64,000 bases of DNA from Alphaproteobacteria bacterium (GTDB lineage: Bacteria > Pseudomonadota > Alphaproteobacteria > Thalassobaculales > Thalassobaculaceae). The stretch lies in NCBI GenBank assembly GCA_024742605.1, contig JANSYC010000002.1:7238-71237 (forward strand), given 5' to 3'. Made by a program: the position numbers and the translations under genes. This document shows, piece by piece, positions 38,259-47,007 of this stretch. How positions within the stretch are numbered: the first letter of the stretch is position 1; the number at the start of each line of letters is the position of its first letter. The notes under the pieces were generated by a model. It ran no database searches and was not told where the DNA came from. It worked only from the letters and a program-made list of their open reading frames with translations.

Positions 38259-39281
38259 TCAACGATACTTGGCGCAGAGCAGGTCGATCACAGAATCGAG
38301 CGACACCCCCTCGGCCCGGGCGGCGAAATTGAGCGCCATGCGGTGTCGCAGCACCGGATGGGCGAGGGCCAGGACATCGTCGATCGACGGCGACAGACGC
38401 CCGTCCAAAACGGCCCGCGCGCGCGCCGCCATCAGGAGTGCCTGACTGGCGCGCGGACCCGGGCCCCAGGCCACGTGGCGGGTCACCTCCGAGATCGTGG
38501 TTTCGGCAGGACGGCCGGACCGAACGATATCCAGAACAGCATCAACGATGCTTTCGCCCACCGGAATCTGACGCAACAGCAGCTGTGCCGCCATAAGTTT
38601 CGCTCCGTCCAACTCTGGCTTGAGCTTGACCGCGTCGGTCCCTGTGGTGGCGATAAGCATGCTGCGCTCCGCCGCCAGATCCGGATAACCGACCGTCACC
38701 TGCAACAGGAACCGGTCAAGCTGCGCTTCCGGCAGAGGATAGGTGCCTTCCTGCTCCAGCGGGTTCTGGGTCGCGAGCACATGGAACGGTCGCGGCAGCA
38801 TGTGGGTATGCCCCCCGACCGAAACTTCGTTCTCCTGCATGGCCTGCAACAGGGCCGACTGGGTCCGCGGGCTCGCTCGGTTGATCTCGTCCGCCATCAG
38901 CAATTGGGCGAAAACAGGACCTTCAATGAACCGGAAACTCCGGCGGCCGGTCTCCGATTCCTCCAGCACTTCCGAGCCGATGATATCGGACGGCATCAGG
39001 TCGGGCGTGCACTGGATCCGCTTATTGTCCAGGCCAAGGACCGTGCCAAGGGTCTCGACCAGACGGGTCTTGGCCAAGCCCGGAACCCCGACCAGCAACG
39101 CATGCCCGCCGGCCAGGACCGTCACAAGCGTCTGCTCGACCACCTCTTCCTGACCGAAAATGACCTGCGCGACGCCTTGGCGAATACGGGCCATGGTGTC
39201 GCCCAGCGCCTCGATCTGCTGAACCGCATCGGCGCCATCGGGGGTCGATTGCGTATTTGCGAGGGTGGTAGCGTCGGTCAT
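38259..39281 (-). CDS. MoxR family AAA+ ATPase
   Basis: GQEEVVEQTLVTVLAGGHALLVGVPGLAKT (Walker A), LLMADEINRASP (Walker B), TQNPLEQEGTYPLPEAQLDRF. Start set at MTDATTL (39281) inside track ORF 38259..39347. Confidence 0.88.
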   Translation of the reverse strand: MTDATTLANTQSTPDGADAVQQIEALGDTMARIRQGVAQVIFGQEEVVEQTLVTVLAGGHALLVGVPGLAKTRLVETLGTVLGLDNKRIQCTPDLMPSDIIGSEVLEESETGRRSFRFIEGPVFAQLLMADEINRASPRTQSALLQAMQENEVSVGGHTHMLPRPFHVLATQNPLEQEGTYPLPEAQLDRFLLQVTVGYPDLAAERSMLIATTGTDAVKLKPELDGAKLMAAQLLLRQIPVGESIVDAVLDIVRSGRPAETTISEVTRHVAWGPGPRASQALLMAARARAVLDGRLSPSIDDVLALAHPVLRHRMALNFAARAEGVSLDSVIDLLCAKYR

Positions 39282-39452
39282 CGGAGCTATATTCCTCATA
39301 TCAAGGGTCCAACTAGACTTCGTCTCGCACCCTATTGTCGGTCCCAAAGAGAGGTGCGAGCGCTCATTCCGCTGGACCGACTTCGAGGCCGAGCCTCGAG
39401 ATTTCGCCGGCTCACACCGGTTTTCGGAACCCGAAAGGCGTCAAACCGTATC

Positions 39453-40109
39453 ATGGGCGAAGACAGCATTCAGTCACTTCACGATATAGAGCGTATCGCG
39501 GCGGAGGCATCCGGCAAGGGCGACCGGACCGACAGCAGAAAATATCGTCTTCCCGATCGCGTGAGGCGCGACGCGAAACCACCGATGGAGGGCGAAACCG
39601 TCGGTGATTTCAACATCCGGATCGGACGGGACGGAACTTGGTTCTATCGCGGGTCTCCTATCAACCGGTTGCCACTGGTCAAGCTTTTCGCCAGCGTTCT
39701 GCGACGCGGCGACGATGGTACGTATCTTCTGGTCACTCCGGTGGAACGGGGGACGATTCTGGTCGAGGATGCGCCCTTCGTCGCCGTCGACATGGATATC
39801 GGAACCGAAAATGCCTCCGACGGCAAAGAGCGCACTGTCCTAACTTTCCGGACCAATCTTGACGAAATCATGGTCGCCGGACCGGATCATCCGATCCGGG
39901 TTGAAATCGATGCCCAGACCGGGGAGCCTTGCCCCTATATTCGGGTGCGGGACGGTCTGGACGCGCTGATCGCCCGGTCGGTGTTCTACCGGATGGTTGA
40001 GATGGCCGAGGAACGTGCGGTCGCGGAAGGTGCGGAGGTCGAATTGGGGGTATCCAGTCAGGGCGTGTTCTTCCCACTCGGCCGCGTCAACGAGGAGACC
40101 ACATCGTGA
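39453..40109 (+). CDS. DUF1285 domain protein
   Basis: Last 218 codons of the 868-aa track ORF 37503..40109, starting MGEDSIQSLHDIE. FNIRIGRDGTWFYRGSPINRLPLVKLFASVL...LVTPVE matches my recollection of DUF1285. The upstream 650 codons are antisense to MoxR/DUF58. Confidence 0.75.
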   Translation: MGEDSIQSLHDIERIAAEASGKGDRTDSRKYRLPDRVRRDAKPPMEGETVGDFNIRIGRDGTWFYRGSPINRLPLVKLFASVLRRGDDGTYLLVTPVERGTILVEDAPFVAVDMDIGTENASDGKERTVLTFRTNLDEIMVAGPDHPIRVEIDAQTGEPCPYIRVRDGLDALIARSVFYRMVEMAEERAVAEGAEVELGVSSQGVFFPLGRVNEETTS

Positions 40110-40840
40110 CGAGTTCGAGCCCCTGGTTCACGGCCCTCAACCGACCCGGCTTTGTCGAGCGGTTTCGGACGTCGACCCAGGGCCGAGAACTCGAAGGACT
40201 GCCGCACGCCTCCACCGCCTATTACGGTCGGACAACCCTGTCCGGGCGTGGAGATCACGACCTCAACCCCGGCATGCAGGTGCCGGCGGACCGGCGGCCG
40301 GCCGCCGTGCTGGTTCCGATCGTGGCGCGTGAGGACGGACTGTCCCTGCTGCTGACCAAACGTTCAGAAACCCTGTCCGTTCACAAGGGCCAGGTCAGCT
40401 TTCCCGGAGGACGGGTCGAAGACCAAGACCTAAACGTGGTCGACACTGCGCTTCGGGAAACCGAGGAGGAAATCGGGCTGGACCGGGACAGGGTCGAAGT
40501 GCTGGGGCGTCTCGACACCTATGTGACGCGCACCGGCTTCGAGGTGGTGCCGATTGTCGGTCTGGTCACACCGCCATTCGAATTGAAGATCGATCCGGTC
40601 GAGGTCGATGAGGCCTTCGAGGTGCCATTGAGTTTCGTGCTCGACCACGGCAACCACCAAAGGCACAGCCGGGAATGGCAGAACACCACCCGGTTTTTCT
40701 GGGTTCTCCCGTACCGGCATTACTACATCTGGGGCGCGACCGCCGGGATGCTTGTGAATCTTGCCGACGTCCTGACCTTGCCCAATGAATCGCCTCCAAA
40801 ACCTGACGACAGTCTCGCCGGAACCCATGCGGCCGGCTGA
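40106..40840 (+). CDS. NUDIX hydrolase, CoA pyrophosphatase (NudL-like)
   Basis: LLLTKRSETLSVHKGQVSFPGGRVEDQDLNVVDTALRETEEEIGL Nudix box, with the upstream LLTxR motif typical of CoA pyrophosphatases. GTG start overlaps the DUF1285 stop (GTGA). Confidence 0.8.
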   Translation: MTSSSPWFTALNRPGFVERFRTSTQGRELEGLPHASTAYYGRTTLSGRGDHDLNPGMQVPADRRPAAVLVPIVAREDGLSLLLTKRSETLSVHKGQVSFPGGRVEDQDLNVVDTALRETEEEIGLDRDRVEVLGRLDTYVTRTGFEVVPIVGLVTPPFELKIDPVEVDEAFEVPLSFVLDHGNHQRHSREWQNTTRFFWVLPYRHYYIWGATAGMLVNLADVLTLPNESPPKPDDSLAGTHAAG

Positions 40841-42056
40841 CCGTCTCACGCCGCAACCTTGGATGACCGGTCCGGCCGCGTCTGCGGTCTGGAACTGCCT
40901 GAATGCGGGTGGGGGTACAGCGCGCTTCGTTGGCGGTTCTGTGCGGAATGTCGTGATGGATCTGCCGGTGACGGATCTGGACATGGCCACCGACCTGCCG
41001 CCGGATCGGGTGATGGCGCTCGCCCAGGCGGCGAAGATTAGGGCGATTCCGACGGGAATCGAACACGGCACGGTGACCCTCGTGGTGGACCATGTTCCCA
41101 TCGAAGTCACAACGCTGCGCCGGGATCTGGAAACCGATGGACGGCGTGCGGTTGTCGCCTTCACCGACGATTGGACAGCGGACGCGGAACGACGGGATTT
41201 CACGCTGAACGCGCTCTATCTCGATCCGGATGGGACGCTTTACGACCCTACCGGCGACGGTCTCGCCGACGCGCGCGCCGGACGCTTGCGATTCGTCGGG
41301 ATGCCGGAGAACCGGATTCGTGAGGATGCCTTGCGAATCCTGCGACTGTTCCGCTTTCTGGCGTCTCATGGCCGAAAGGACCCCGATCCTGAGGCGGTCT
41401 CGGCCTGTGCCGAGCTGGCGCCGCTCATCGAGACCCTCTCCGGAGAGCGGGTCTGGGCCGAACTGCGTAAACTCCTCGCCGCGGACGGGGCTGCGAGTGC
41501 TCTCAAACTGATGGATCAGACGGACGTCATTCGACATCTCTGGGCCGGACCTGTCCGGACGGACCGCACACTGCGTCTCATCGAGCTGGAAGCGGAACTC
41601 GGCCGACCGGCCGACCCGGTGCGACGGCTCTCGGCGCTGGCCTCCGGTGCGGCCGCTATTGCGGCGGAGCGGCTGCGTCTTTCGAACGCGGACCGCGACC
41701 GGCTTGAGCGCGCTTTGGCGGCGGAGCAGCCCCCAGCGTCCGACGAGCCCGCGCGGCGGGCAGCGATCTACCGCTCGGGTGCTACGGTTTTCGTGGATCG
41801 GCTCCTGCTGAGCGCCGCGAACAGCATAAGCACCGAGCCTCAGCTACTGGCCGAGGATCTTACCGTGGCTGACGACTGGGCCCCACCCGGCTTTCCGATC
41901 GGCGGCGCCGATGCCCTCGCGCTCGGTATGAAACCGGGTCCAAAGGTCGGCACTGTCTTGCGCGGCGTTGAAGAGTGGTGGATATCGGGAGGCTTCACGG
42001 CGGACCGTGAAGCATGCTTGAGTGAGTTGAAGAGTCGGATCGAGGGAGACGAGTGA
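40827..42056 (+). CDS. cca: CCA-adding tRNA nucleotidyltransferase (poly(A) polymerase head-domain family)
   Basis: ARFVGGSVRNVVMDLPVTDLDMAT...GIEHGTVT...TLRRD...DGRRA...DAERRDFTLNALY. The start is ambiguous (40785, 40827 or 40863); the first two overlap the end of the NUDIX gene. Confidence 0.85.
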   Translation: MRPADRLTPQPWMTGPAASAVWNCLNAGGGTARFVGGSVRNVVMDLPVTDLDMATDLPPDRVMALAQAAKIRAIPTGIEHGTVTLVVDHVPIEVTTLRRDLETDGRRAVVAFTDDWTADAERRDFTLNALYLDPDGTLYDPTGDGLADARAGRLRFVGMPENRIREDALRILRLFRFLASHGRKDPDPEAVSACAELAPLIETLSGERVWAELRKLLAADGAASALKLMDQTDVIRHLWAGPVRTDRTLRLIELEAELGRPADPVRRLSALASGAAAIAAERLRLSNADRDRLERALAAEQPPASDEPARRAAIYRSGATVFVDRLLLSAANSISTEPQLLAEDLTVADDWAPPGFPIGGADALALGMKPGPKVGTVLRGVEEWWISGGFTADREACLSELKSRIEGDE

Positions 42057-42835
42057 TGGATCAAGGTAAGGTGCGGGCGCTGGGGCGTGCATTGGCGGCA
42101 GCACGAGGCGGCGGACGGATCTCACTCGCCGACGGACTGATCCCGGATGACAAGGCGGAAGCCTTCGCAATCCAAGCCCAGACCTTCGAAGTTCTGACCG
42201 CGGGCATCTCCGGCTTCAAGGTTGGTGCCCCCGCTCCGGACAGCGACAACATCACCGGCGCTCCGCTGGCGACCGGCACCGTCAAGTTCGGAGGCGACTC
42301 GATCACCGTCACCGAGAAGCGACCGCTCTGGATCGAAGCCGAAATCGCAGTCCGACTGGGCGCCGACTTGCCCGAGCGTGACCACCCCTATACCAGCGAG
42401 GAGGCCTATCAGGCGGTTGCCTCGCTGCATGCGGCCATCGAGATCGTCGATCCCCGCTTCTCCGCCTGGCCGGACATCCCGCCAATGGCCGCCCTCGCCG
42501 ACCTGTCCTCGAACGGCCGTCTGGTGCTGTCCGATGGCATCCCCGCCCCCCGACATTTCGAGATTGGCGAAATCACCGTCGACTTTTCCATGGGCAAGAT
42601 CCGCAAGACCATGGGCCCAGAGACCTTTGCCGGAGGCGACCCGATGCGGCTGGTGACATGGCTGGCCAACAATATGGCCGTGTGGGGCCACGCCGGTGCC
42701 GCGCGCGGACTGCACGAGGGCGATGTGATCACCACCGGATCCTGGATCGGCTTCCTGCCGGCCGAACCCGGCACCGAGGCGACCTGTTCGATCGACGGCG
42801 TCGGATCGGTGAGCGTGCAGATCGTCGGCGCGTAA
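42053..42835 (+). CDS. 2-keto-4-pentenoate hydratase / FAH-fold hydratase-decarboxylase family protein
   Basis: 260 aa. AFAIQ...GFKVG...EAEIAVRL...ITTGS pattern of the MhpD/HpcG-like family. Start codon overlaps the cca stop (GTGATG at 42053..42058). Confidence 0.65.
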   Translation: MMDQGKVRALGRALAAARGGGRISLADGLIPDDKAEAFAIQAQTFEVLTAGISGFKVGAPAPDSDNITGAPLATGTVKFGGDSITVTEKRPLWIEAEIAVRLGADLPERDHPYTSEEAYQAVASLHAAIEIVDPRFSAWPDIPPMAALADLSSNGRLVLSDGIPAPRHFEIGEITVDFSMGKIRKTMGPETFAGGDPMRLVTWLANNMAVWGHAGAARGLHEGDVITTGSWIGFLPAEPGTEATCSIDGVGSVSVQIVGA

Positions 42836-42868
42836 CGCCCCGGCAACGCCCCAGCGCGCCTGGCCTGA

Positions 42869-43429
42869 TCAGTTCGCGATCTTCACCAGAAGACCCTTTA
42901 CGATCCGCCGATCACTGCCTTGATGAGTGCGCACGAACAGCAGTTCCATGCCTCGCGCGCCCAATGTCCGGGCGTAGCGTTGGAGCGAATACCGGCCCTT
43001 GGCGTCGATCAGGAGGAGAAAGACATTGAGGGTCTGCTTCTCGATATTGGCCCAGGCCAATCCATCCGGACTGAACGGATCGGCACGCTGATCGGTGACA
43101 TACCGGCTACCGTTGGTATCCGCGCGGAAGGTCAGCGACTCGCTTTTCCGCTTGATCTCTCCGGCACCGCTGCGGCTCACCGTCGTCCATTGGACCGTAA
43201 ACCCGTCGCCGGCCTGCCGGATCGTCACATCCATGTCCCGGGCGGTTTCCGGCGCATAGATCGCGTCCTGAGAGACGGCGATTCCCGAGCCCTGGAAGGT
43301 TCCGAAAAAGGCCGAGATCGGCAGATTGTCCGCCGCCTTGGCAGGCAGTGTCGCGCTCAGCATCAACACTCCGGAAACCACCATCGCTCCCAACGATTTG
43401 GCAGCCGCTCTGATCGACCCATTCATCAT
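42869..43429 (-). CDS. Secreted hypothetical protein (~186 aa)
   Basis: MMNGSIRAAAKSLGAMVVSGVLMLSATLPAKA signal peptide, then a beta-rich sequence. Start set inside track ORF 42869..43609 to avoid overlap with hemF. No family recognised. Confidence 0.55.
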   Translation of the reverse strand: MMNGSIRAAAKSLGAMVVSGVLMLSATLPAKAADNLPISAFFGTFQGSGIAVSQDAIYAPETARDMDVTIRQAGDGFTVQWTTVSRSGAGEIKRKSESLTFRADTNGSRYVTDQRADPFSPDGLAWANIEKQTLNVFLLLIDAKGRYSLQRYARTLGARGMELLFVRTHQGSDRRIVKGLLVKIAN

Positions 43430-43452
43430 CCGATGTCCTCCGGTTCGTCGCA

Positions 43453-44301
43453 TCACGGCCATTTGACGGCCGGCGGCATGCTCATCAGGATCGCCTCGAC
43501 ATTGCCGCCGGTCTTCAGGCCGAACAAGGTTCCACGATCGTGCAGAAGGTTGAACTCCACATACCGGCCGCGTCGGATCAATTGATGTTCCCGTTCGGCC
43601 TCGGTCCATGACTCGTTCATATGGCGGCGAACGATTTCCGGATAGACCGTCAGAAACGCCTTGCCCACATCCTGGGTAAAGGCCAATCCGGCGTCATAAT
43701 CATCGTCCAGATAATCGTAGAAAATCCCTCCGACCCCGCGCGGCTCCCCCCTATGCGGCAGATAGAAGTACTCGTCGCACCATTTCTTGAACTTGGGGTG
43801 ATAGTCAGGATCGTGCGCGTCGCAGGCCGCCTTCAGCGCACTGTGGAAGCGATCGGTGTCCGCCTGATCCGGGACCATCGGTGTCAGGTCAGCGCCGCCG
43901 CCGAACCAGGATTTCGACGTGGTGATGTGCCGGGTGTTCATATGCACCGCCGGAACTTTGGGCGAGCACATGTGGGCCACCAGCGACACACCGGTCGCGT
44001 AGAAGGTCGGATCCACGTCCGCGCCGGGGATCTGTTTTCGGAAATCCTCGGAGAACTCCCCCAGAACCGTGGAGACGTTGACCCCGACCTTCTCGAAAAC
44101 CCGGCCCTTCATCACGGACATGACGCCACCGCCGCCTCCGGGACGTTCCCAGGCGGTTCGCTCGAATCTGCCGGGCGGCTGACCCTCGAACGGGCCCTCG
44201 TAATCCTGCTCGATCGCCTCGAAGGCGGCGCAGATCTGGTCACGCAGGCTCTCGAACCAGGTGCGCGCGCGATCCTTCTGGTCATCAGTCGATAGATACA
44301 T
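43453..44301 (-). CDS. hemF: Oxygen-dependent coproporphyrinogen III oxidase
   Basis: [27 protein letters not shown]...VHMNTRH...[10 protein letters not shown]...[34 protein letters not shown] are near-invariant HemF strings. Confidence 0.92.
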   Translation of the reverse strand: MYLSTDDQKDRARTWFESLRDQICAAFEAIEQDYEGPFEGQPPGRFERTAWERPGGGGGVMSVMKGRVFEKVGVNVSTVLGEFSEDFRKQIPGADVDPTFYATGVSLVAHMCSPKVPAVHMNTRHITTSKSWFGGGADLTPMVPDQADTDRFHSALKAACDAHDPDYHPKFKKWCDEYFYLPHRGEPRGVGGIFYDYLDDDYDAGLAFTQDVGKAFLTVYPEIVRRHMNESWTEAEREHQLIRRGRYVEFNLLHDRGTLFGLKTGGNVEAILMSMPPAVKWP

Positions 44302-44344
44302 ACCGGTCCTTCTCCAAAAAATCAGCCTCGGGCAGCCACACAAA

Positions 44345-45604
44345 TCATATCAGGGTCGGCGCGCCGGCGCGGATCACCTCGATACGCGGATTGAAGCCTA
44401 TCCTATAGGACAGTTCAGCCGGATCTTGTATCCGCCACAACACGAAATCGGCAGCCTTGCCTACAGTCAGCGTTCCCCTCTCGGCAGCCAGGCCGAGTGC
44501 GTGCGCCGCTTCTCTGGTGGCGCCGGCCAAGGCCTCCTCCGGGGTCAGTCCGAACAGGACACACGCCATATTCATGGTCGTGAGCAGAGAGGTGACCGGA
44601 GAGGAACCGGGATTGCAGTCGGTCGCAACGGCCATGCGCACACCTGCCTTCCGAAATGCCGCTATCGGCGGTTTCACCGTCTCGCCCAGAGTGAAGAACG
44701 CCCCAGGGAGGAGCACGGCAACCGTGCCCGCCCTGGCCATTGCTCCGATCCCTTCGGCGCCGACAAACTCCAGGTGATCGCAGGAGAGCGCGCCTGCATT
44801 GGCCGCCAGAATCGAACCACCCAGATCACTCAACTGTTCGGCATGCAGCTTGATCGGGAGATTGAACATGTGGGCCACGTCAAAAACCCGGCCGACCTGT
44901 TGTGGAGTGAAGGCGATCCCCTCGCAGAACGCATCGACTTGATCGACCAATCCCCGTTCTACGGCGGCGGGCAGCACCTCGTCGCAGACGAAATCGATGT
45001 AGCGGTCGGCGCCTCCCTCGAACTCAGAGGGAACGGCATGTGCGCCCAGGAACGTGGTGACCACCTTGACGGGCATCCGCCGTCCGAGTGCGCGGGCCAC
45101 TTCAAGCATCTTCAGTTCAGTATCGAGATCGAGTCCGTAGCCAGACTTGATCTCCACCACCGTGACCCCTTCCGATACCAGTGGACCAAGGCGTCTGGCG
45201 GCTGTCTCGAAAAGTTCGTCGAAGGATGCCGCTCTGGTGGCCATCACGGTGGACCGGATTCCGCCGCCGGATTGGGAGATATCGGCATAACTGGCGCCTT
45301 GCAGCCGCAGGTCAAATTCACACGCCCTATGACCGCCGTGGACGATGTGGGTGTGACAGTCTATCAGCGCCGGCGTGAGCCAGGCGCCCTCGGCATCGTG
45401 AACCACGGCCGCCATTCGTTCGGCCGGCATCGGCAACTCATCCCCCGCGCCAACATGTGCGATCAGACCTGCCTTGACCGCGATGACCCCGTCTTCGATC
45501 CGGCCGAACGGAGCCCGGTTCCCAGGATCCAGCGTCGCAAGACTCGCATCGACCCAGATCGCGTCCCAGCCTTCGTCAGCCGTCGTACTCGCCACCATCA
45601 CCAC
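44345..45604 (-). CDS. hutI: Imidazolonepropionase
   Basis: 419 aa. [28 protein letters not shown]...GGGI.STV..TR...HAEQLS...DH...[10 protein letters not shown] are typical of HutI. No other hut genes are in the window. Confidence 0.85.
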   Translation of the reverse strand: MVMVASTTADEGWDAIWVDASLATLDPGNRAPFGRIEDGVIAVKAGLIAHVGAGDELPMPAERMAAVVHDAEGAWLTPALIDCHTHIVHGGHRACEFDLRLQGASYADISQSGGGIRSTVMATRAASFDELFETAARRLGPLVSEGVTVVEIKSGYGLDLDTELKMLEVARALGRRMPVKVVTTFLGAHAVPSEFEGGADRYIDFVCDEVLPAAVERGLVDQVDAFCEGIAFTPQQVGRVFDVAHMFNLPIKLHAEQLSDLGGSILAANAGALSCDHLEFVGAEGIGAMARAGTVAVLLPGAFFTLGETVKPPIAAFRKAGVRMAVATDCNPGSSPVTSLLTTMNMACVLFGLTPEEALAGATREAAHALGLAAERGTLTVGKAADFVLWRIQDPAELSYRIGFNPRIEVIRAGAPTLI

Positions 45605-46155
45605 AACTCGAACAATCTACACATTCCGTTCACCAAAGCACGGCCACTCTACTCAGACTCTTGCGGAAACGCCGAGGGGTTTATGGTTCCGTTGATCAGC
45701 GCATGGAGGACCGTCTCCACCCCCATTTGACATTCCAGAGGGCCGAAAAGCGGCTACCTGTTCTAAAGAATCAGGACTCCTGTGCAGGAAGGACGATTCG
45801 CGCCGCCCAGTTCTTGTGGCTCGCAACCGATCAAAAAGTTGATAAAAAATCGAAACTACGCCGACTACAGGTTTGCACCCGGTATGCTTGCCGCAAATAT
45901 GACCTGCGAGCTCCTTCTAAAGCATCATTTTCAAATGGATTGCCAGATCAAAGACGCGATCCCGCAAGTCTCGATCGTTGTGGCAAAAACTTCAACTCTT
46001 ACCTGCAAATATGGCGATCGCGACCTCGGGTTCTTCTCCCCGCGTCGCGGGATGTAGTTGCAACAAATCTAAAATTTGATTTACAAACTAGATTACGCAA
46101 AACGCATGTATGCAAACGCAAGGGATAAAACCTTCGCAAAATGCAAGGGGTGTCG

Positions 46156-46500
46156 ATGTCCGGGCTTGCTGAACGAGATCTGGTCAACATAAGCCAGAAT
46201 GTGGACCGTATCGCCGTCATTCTGAAGGTCATGGGGAACGACAAGCGCCTCGCGGTCCTGTGCGATCTTGCCACGCATGGCGAACGGTCGGTGGGACAGT
46301 TGGAAGTGACCAGCGGCCTCAGCCAGTCGGCACTCTCGCAACATCTGGCGAAAATGCGCCAGCACGGCATCGTGAAGACCCGACGCGCCGCCCAGACCAT
46401 CTATTATTCCCTGGCGTCACCGGAAGCCTCGCTGCTCCTCGACACGCTTCATGATATGCTCGCGCCAACCGACCGCCGGCAGGCTGAAGCTGGCGACTAG
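46156..46500 (+). CDS. ArsR/SmtB family transcriptional regulator
   Basis: ILKVMGNDKRLAVLCDLATHGERSVGQLEVTSGLSQSALSQHLAKMRQHGIV wHTH. ATG 46156 is preceded by AAGGGG at a 5-nt spacing. The track ORF starts at 46141. Only one Cys in the protein. Confidence 0.85.
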   Translation: MSGLAERDLVNISQNVDRIAVILKVMGNDKRLAVLCDLATHGERSVGQLEVTSGLSQSALSQHLAKMRQHGIVKTRRAAQTIYYSLASPEASLLLDTLHDMLAPTDRRQAEAGD

Positions 46501-46527
46501 GATCGCCGCATATGGAGTGAAGTCCGC

Positions 46528-46854
46528 ATGAGCAGCCCTGAAATCTCGTTCGTCGACCCTGATACGCTCGCCGAATGGATCGAGCGTGGCGAGGCCACTG
46601 TTTTCGATGTTCGCGAACGGCATGAATGGGACGAAGCCCGTATTCCGGGGGCGACACTGGTGCCCTTGTCCGATTTCGACGCCTCGGCCATTGCGGCCCC
46701 CGACTCGAGCAAAATCGTGCTGCACTGCAAAAGCGGTGTCCGCTGCGGCATGGCGGCCGAGCGGCTGGGCGCCGCCGGCGTCACACGCCCCCTTTGGCGG
46801 TTGGAGGGTGGAATTCTCAACTGGGCACAGTCCGGTAAACCGGTCATACGGTGA
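46528..46854 (+). CDS. Single-domain rhodanese-like sulfurtransferase
   Basis: 108 aa. FDVRERHEWDEARIPGA...LHCKSGVRC active-site loop. Confidence 0.85.
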   Translation: MSSPEISFVDPDTLAEWIERGEATVFDVRERHEWDEARIPGATLVPLSDFDASAIAAPDSSKIVLHCKSGVRCGMAAERLGAAGVTRPLWRLEGGILNWAQSGKPVIR

Positions 46855-47007
46855 CGCTTTCCGGATCCGGTCCTCGCGTTCCGCTTTGCACCGCAAGCTC
46901 GAACGTGTAGCCTTGGTCAAGTCTTCCTGATCTCATCGGAGTTTCGCGGTTCGAATACCGTGCCGGCGGGTGATGGAACCGTCCGCGTTCCAGCCTACCG
47001 GGCTCCC

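Noticed and set aside
37503-39452. First 650 codons of the 868-aa plus-strand ORF 37503..40109
   Set aside because: It is antisense to clearly recognisable DUF58 and MoxR genes, and the translation is Arg/Gly/Pro/His-rich low complexity. Only the last 218 codons (DUF1285) look like a real protein. It is a typical stop-codon-poor antisense frame in GC-rich DNA.
45661-46128. ORFs of 155 aa and 91 aa (45782..46057) inside the AT-rich hutI/arsR spacer
   Set aside because: Their composition (many K, C, R; no hydrophobic periodicity) is unlike neighbouring genes, there is no SD sequence, and the frames overlap each other. I treat them as non-coding and flag the region as a finding instead.
46948-46959. 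GGTTCGAATACC, reminiscent of a tRNA T-arm
   Set aside because: Flanking bases cannot form a 5-bp T stem (only CGG/CCG pairs), and no acceptor, D or anticodon arms can be drawn. It lies just upstream of the TauE-like gene.
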